This document shows positions 8,251-9,857 of a DNA stretch of 9,857 nt, one piece after another (position 1 is the first letter of the stretch; every line of letters begins with the position of its first letter). The notes beneath the pieces are model-generated. The model ran no database searches, was not told the origin of the DNA, and saw only the letters and a list, made by a program, of their open reading frames with translations. Source of the DNA: Octopus sinensis (Eukaryota); assembly GCF_006345805.1 (NCBI RefSeq), contig NW_021827817.1, forward strand, positions 1 through 9,857. The letters are read 5' to 3'. A program made the position numbers and the translations under genes.

Positions 8251-8690
8251 TTGTACATTGTTTTGTCTTGATATAAAAGATAGGCTACAGCAAATATTCT
8301 GCTCAGTACCACAGATTTGCTTGTCAGCTGTTTGACCATAATCAGTTGAGCATGTCCCTTAGCGGCTGACGATATGTACGTCAATGATCACGAGCAGAAG
8401 TAGTGAGGAAGCATCATAGCCATGTGTTGAGAGGAATTCTTTGGGGTTTGGATAATTCTCTTTTGGATAATTTTCCTTATTCAAAGACCATTTGAGCGGG
8501 ATGGGCTACTCGACCTGAAGAAAATTCTAACTGGACCACACCTGCAAGGTCATGCGCTGTTTATCTTGATATGAGATGACAATATGTAGGCGACATGGTG
8601 ATGCATGTGCCTGGTGTACCCTTATCAGACGGGTAGCCTTGATGGGTGTATTGGGCTCCGTATAATTGTACCCCATTGTCGCTTTGACTC
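8251..8690. mobile_element. Unclassified non-coding interspersed repeat abutting (AAT)n
   Basis: Complex ~45% GC sequence with no convincing ORF. I recall it as an abundant (AAT)n-flanked octopus repeat (e.g. GTGCCTGGTGTACCCTTATCAGACGGGTAG). Class and orientation cannot be established from this window. Confidence 0.55.

Positions 8691-8732
<42 letters not shown>
8691..8732. repeat. Perfect (AAT)n tract, probably also serving as the (ATT)n tail of the adjacent minus-strand SINE
   Basis: 14 perfect AAT units. Confidence 0.95.
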
Positions 8733-8922
8733 CCGTTATGCTATAGGCACAAGGCTTGAAAAATTTTGGGGTGGGGACTAGTCAATTACATCGACCCCAG
8801 TGTTTCACTGGTACTCAATTTATCGACCCCAAAAGCATGAAGGGCACAGCTGACCTTGGCGGAATTTGAACTGAGATCGTAAGGACGAAAGAAATACAGC
8901 TAAGCATTTTGCCCGGCGCCTT
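8733..8922 (-). mobile_element. tRNA-derived SINE, second family, A-box region deleted
   Basis: Minus strand: AAGGCGCCGGGCAAAATGCTTAG...B-box CAGTTCAAATTCC, then GCCCTTCATGCTTTTGGGGTCGATAAATTGAGTACCAG...GGGGTCGATGTAATTGACTAG...CCTTGTGCCTATAG and an (ATT)n tail. Compared with the 8031-8243 copy it lacks ~23 nt right after the 5' AAGGCG. Confidence 0.85.
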
Positions 8923-9025
8923 AGTAATAGTAATAATAATAATAATAATAATGATATAATATTAATATAATGATAATAATAATAAAATAATAATAATAAT
9001 GATAATAATAATGATAATGATAATA

Positions 9026-9064
<39 letters not shown>

Positions 9065-9156
9065 TATGATAATAATAATAATAATAATAATAATATGATA
9101 ATGATAAAATAAAATAATAATGATAATAATAATATAATAATAATATAATAATAATA

Positions 9157-9187
<31 letters not shown>

Positions 9188-9238
9188 TAATGATAATAAT
9201 AATAGTAAAAACAATAATAAAATAATAATATAATAATA

Positions 9239-9270
<32 letters not shown>

Positions 9271-9340
9271 AAAAATAATAATAATATAATGATAATAATA
9301 ATAATAATAATAATGATAATAATAATAATAATAACAACAA
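8923..9340. repeat. Long interrupted (AAT)n microsatellite with embedded (GAT)n at ~9241-9269
   Basis: Direct reading; produces the poly-Ile/Leu/Tyr ORFs. Confidence 0.97.
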
Positions 9341-9567
9341 TCAAATACATATACACACATTTGTAGGCTATCGCACATACTTATATACAATATGCTTTCA
9401 AGTATATATATATAATATATATATATTATATATATATATATATATTATATATATCTGGCACAAAATAAAGGCGAAATGTTTACGATTTTGTTGTATTTCC
9501 TGGTCATGTCATTCACCTGAGCCGTTGGTCTATACGGAGACACACATGCAACGCTGCACCTAAATAA

Positions 9568-9620
9568 ATTTGTGCACAAATGTATGTGAGATCATGCACG
9601 CCAGCGTGCATGATCTCACA
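9568..9620. other. Tandem perfect dyads: 14-bp palindrome plus 17-bp-arm inverted repeat
   Basis: ATTTGTGCACAAAT (9568-9581) is self-complementary. TGTGAGATCATGCACGC (9585-9601), spacer CA, GCGTGCATGATCTCACA (9604-9620) is a perfect inverted repeat. Confidence 0.95.
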
Positions 9621-9627
9621 CGTACAA

Positions 9628-9680
9628 AACACACAAATACACACACACACACACAACACACACACACACACACACACATA
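9628..9680. repeat. (CA)n microsatellite; related (TA)n at ~9404-9453 and (TG)n at ~9805-9857
   Basis: Direct reading. Confidence 0.9.
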
Positions 9681-9857
9681 TTCACCCACATGTAAATTTA
9701 CATATATAGTTGGACAATCATAGTTATTTATATAAATGCAGGCATACGAAACCAGCTGGTGCTTTTGTGATACGAGGACATATAAAGAGCGATATATAAA
9801 TGTATGTGTGTGGTGTATGTGTGTGATTTGTGTGTGTGTGTGTGTGTGGTGTGTGTG

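Noticed and set aside
8365-8402. Hammerhead ribozyme core suggested by CTGACGA at ~8368
   Set aside because: No stem II closing onto a GAAA and no pairing for stems I/III that I can find.
4207-9390. The many Tyr/Ile/His/Thr/Val/Cys-rich ORFs
   Set aside because: They are translations of TA, CA, TG and AAT microsatellites.

Overview
Eukaryotic, repeat-saturated, apparently non-genic (intergenic or deep-intronic) DNA. The SINE families and the very high microsatellite density match what I recall of octopus (coleoid cephalopod) genomes; this is recognition from memory, not a database result. From left to right it holds a decayed mariner 3' end (-), a (GAT)-tailed SINE 3' part (+), and a 5'-truncated CR1-type LINE (-) that starts just before its YADD motif. 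Then come a ~0.92 kb array of a 52-bp tandem repeat, a second much more decayed CR1-type RT (-) and a third short CR1-type C-terminal fragment (-). The rest is five tRNA-derived SINE copies or fragments of two further families, one unclassified interspersed repeat, and long (TA/CA)n, (CAT)n and (AAT)n tracts. I can support no intact protein gene, host exon, RNA gene or CRISPR array; nearly all listed ORFs are artefacts of simple repeats. The best leads are the dyad- and TF-motif-dense 52-bp satellite wedged between two different LINEs, and a perfect 17-bp hairpin abutting a perfect 14-bp palindrome near 9.6 kb. I do not see convincing evidence of a new multi-gene system.
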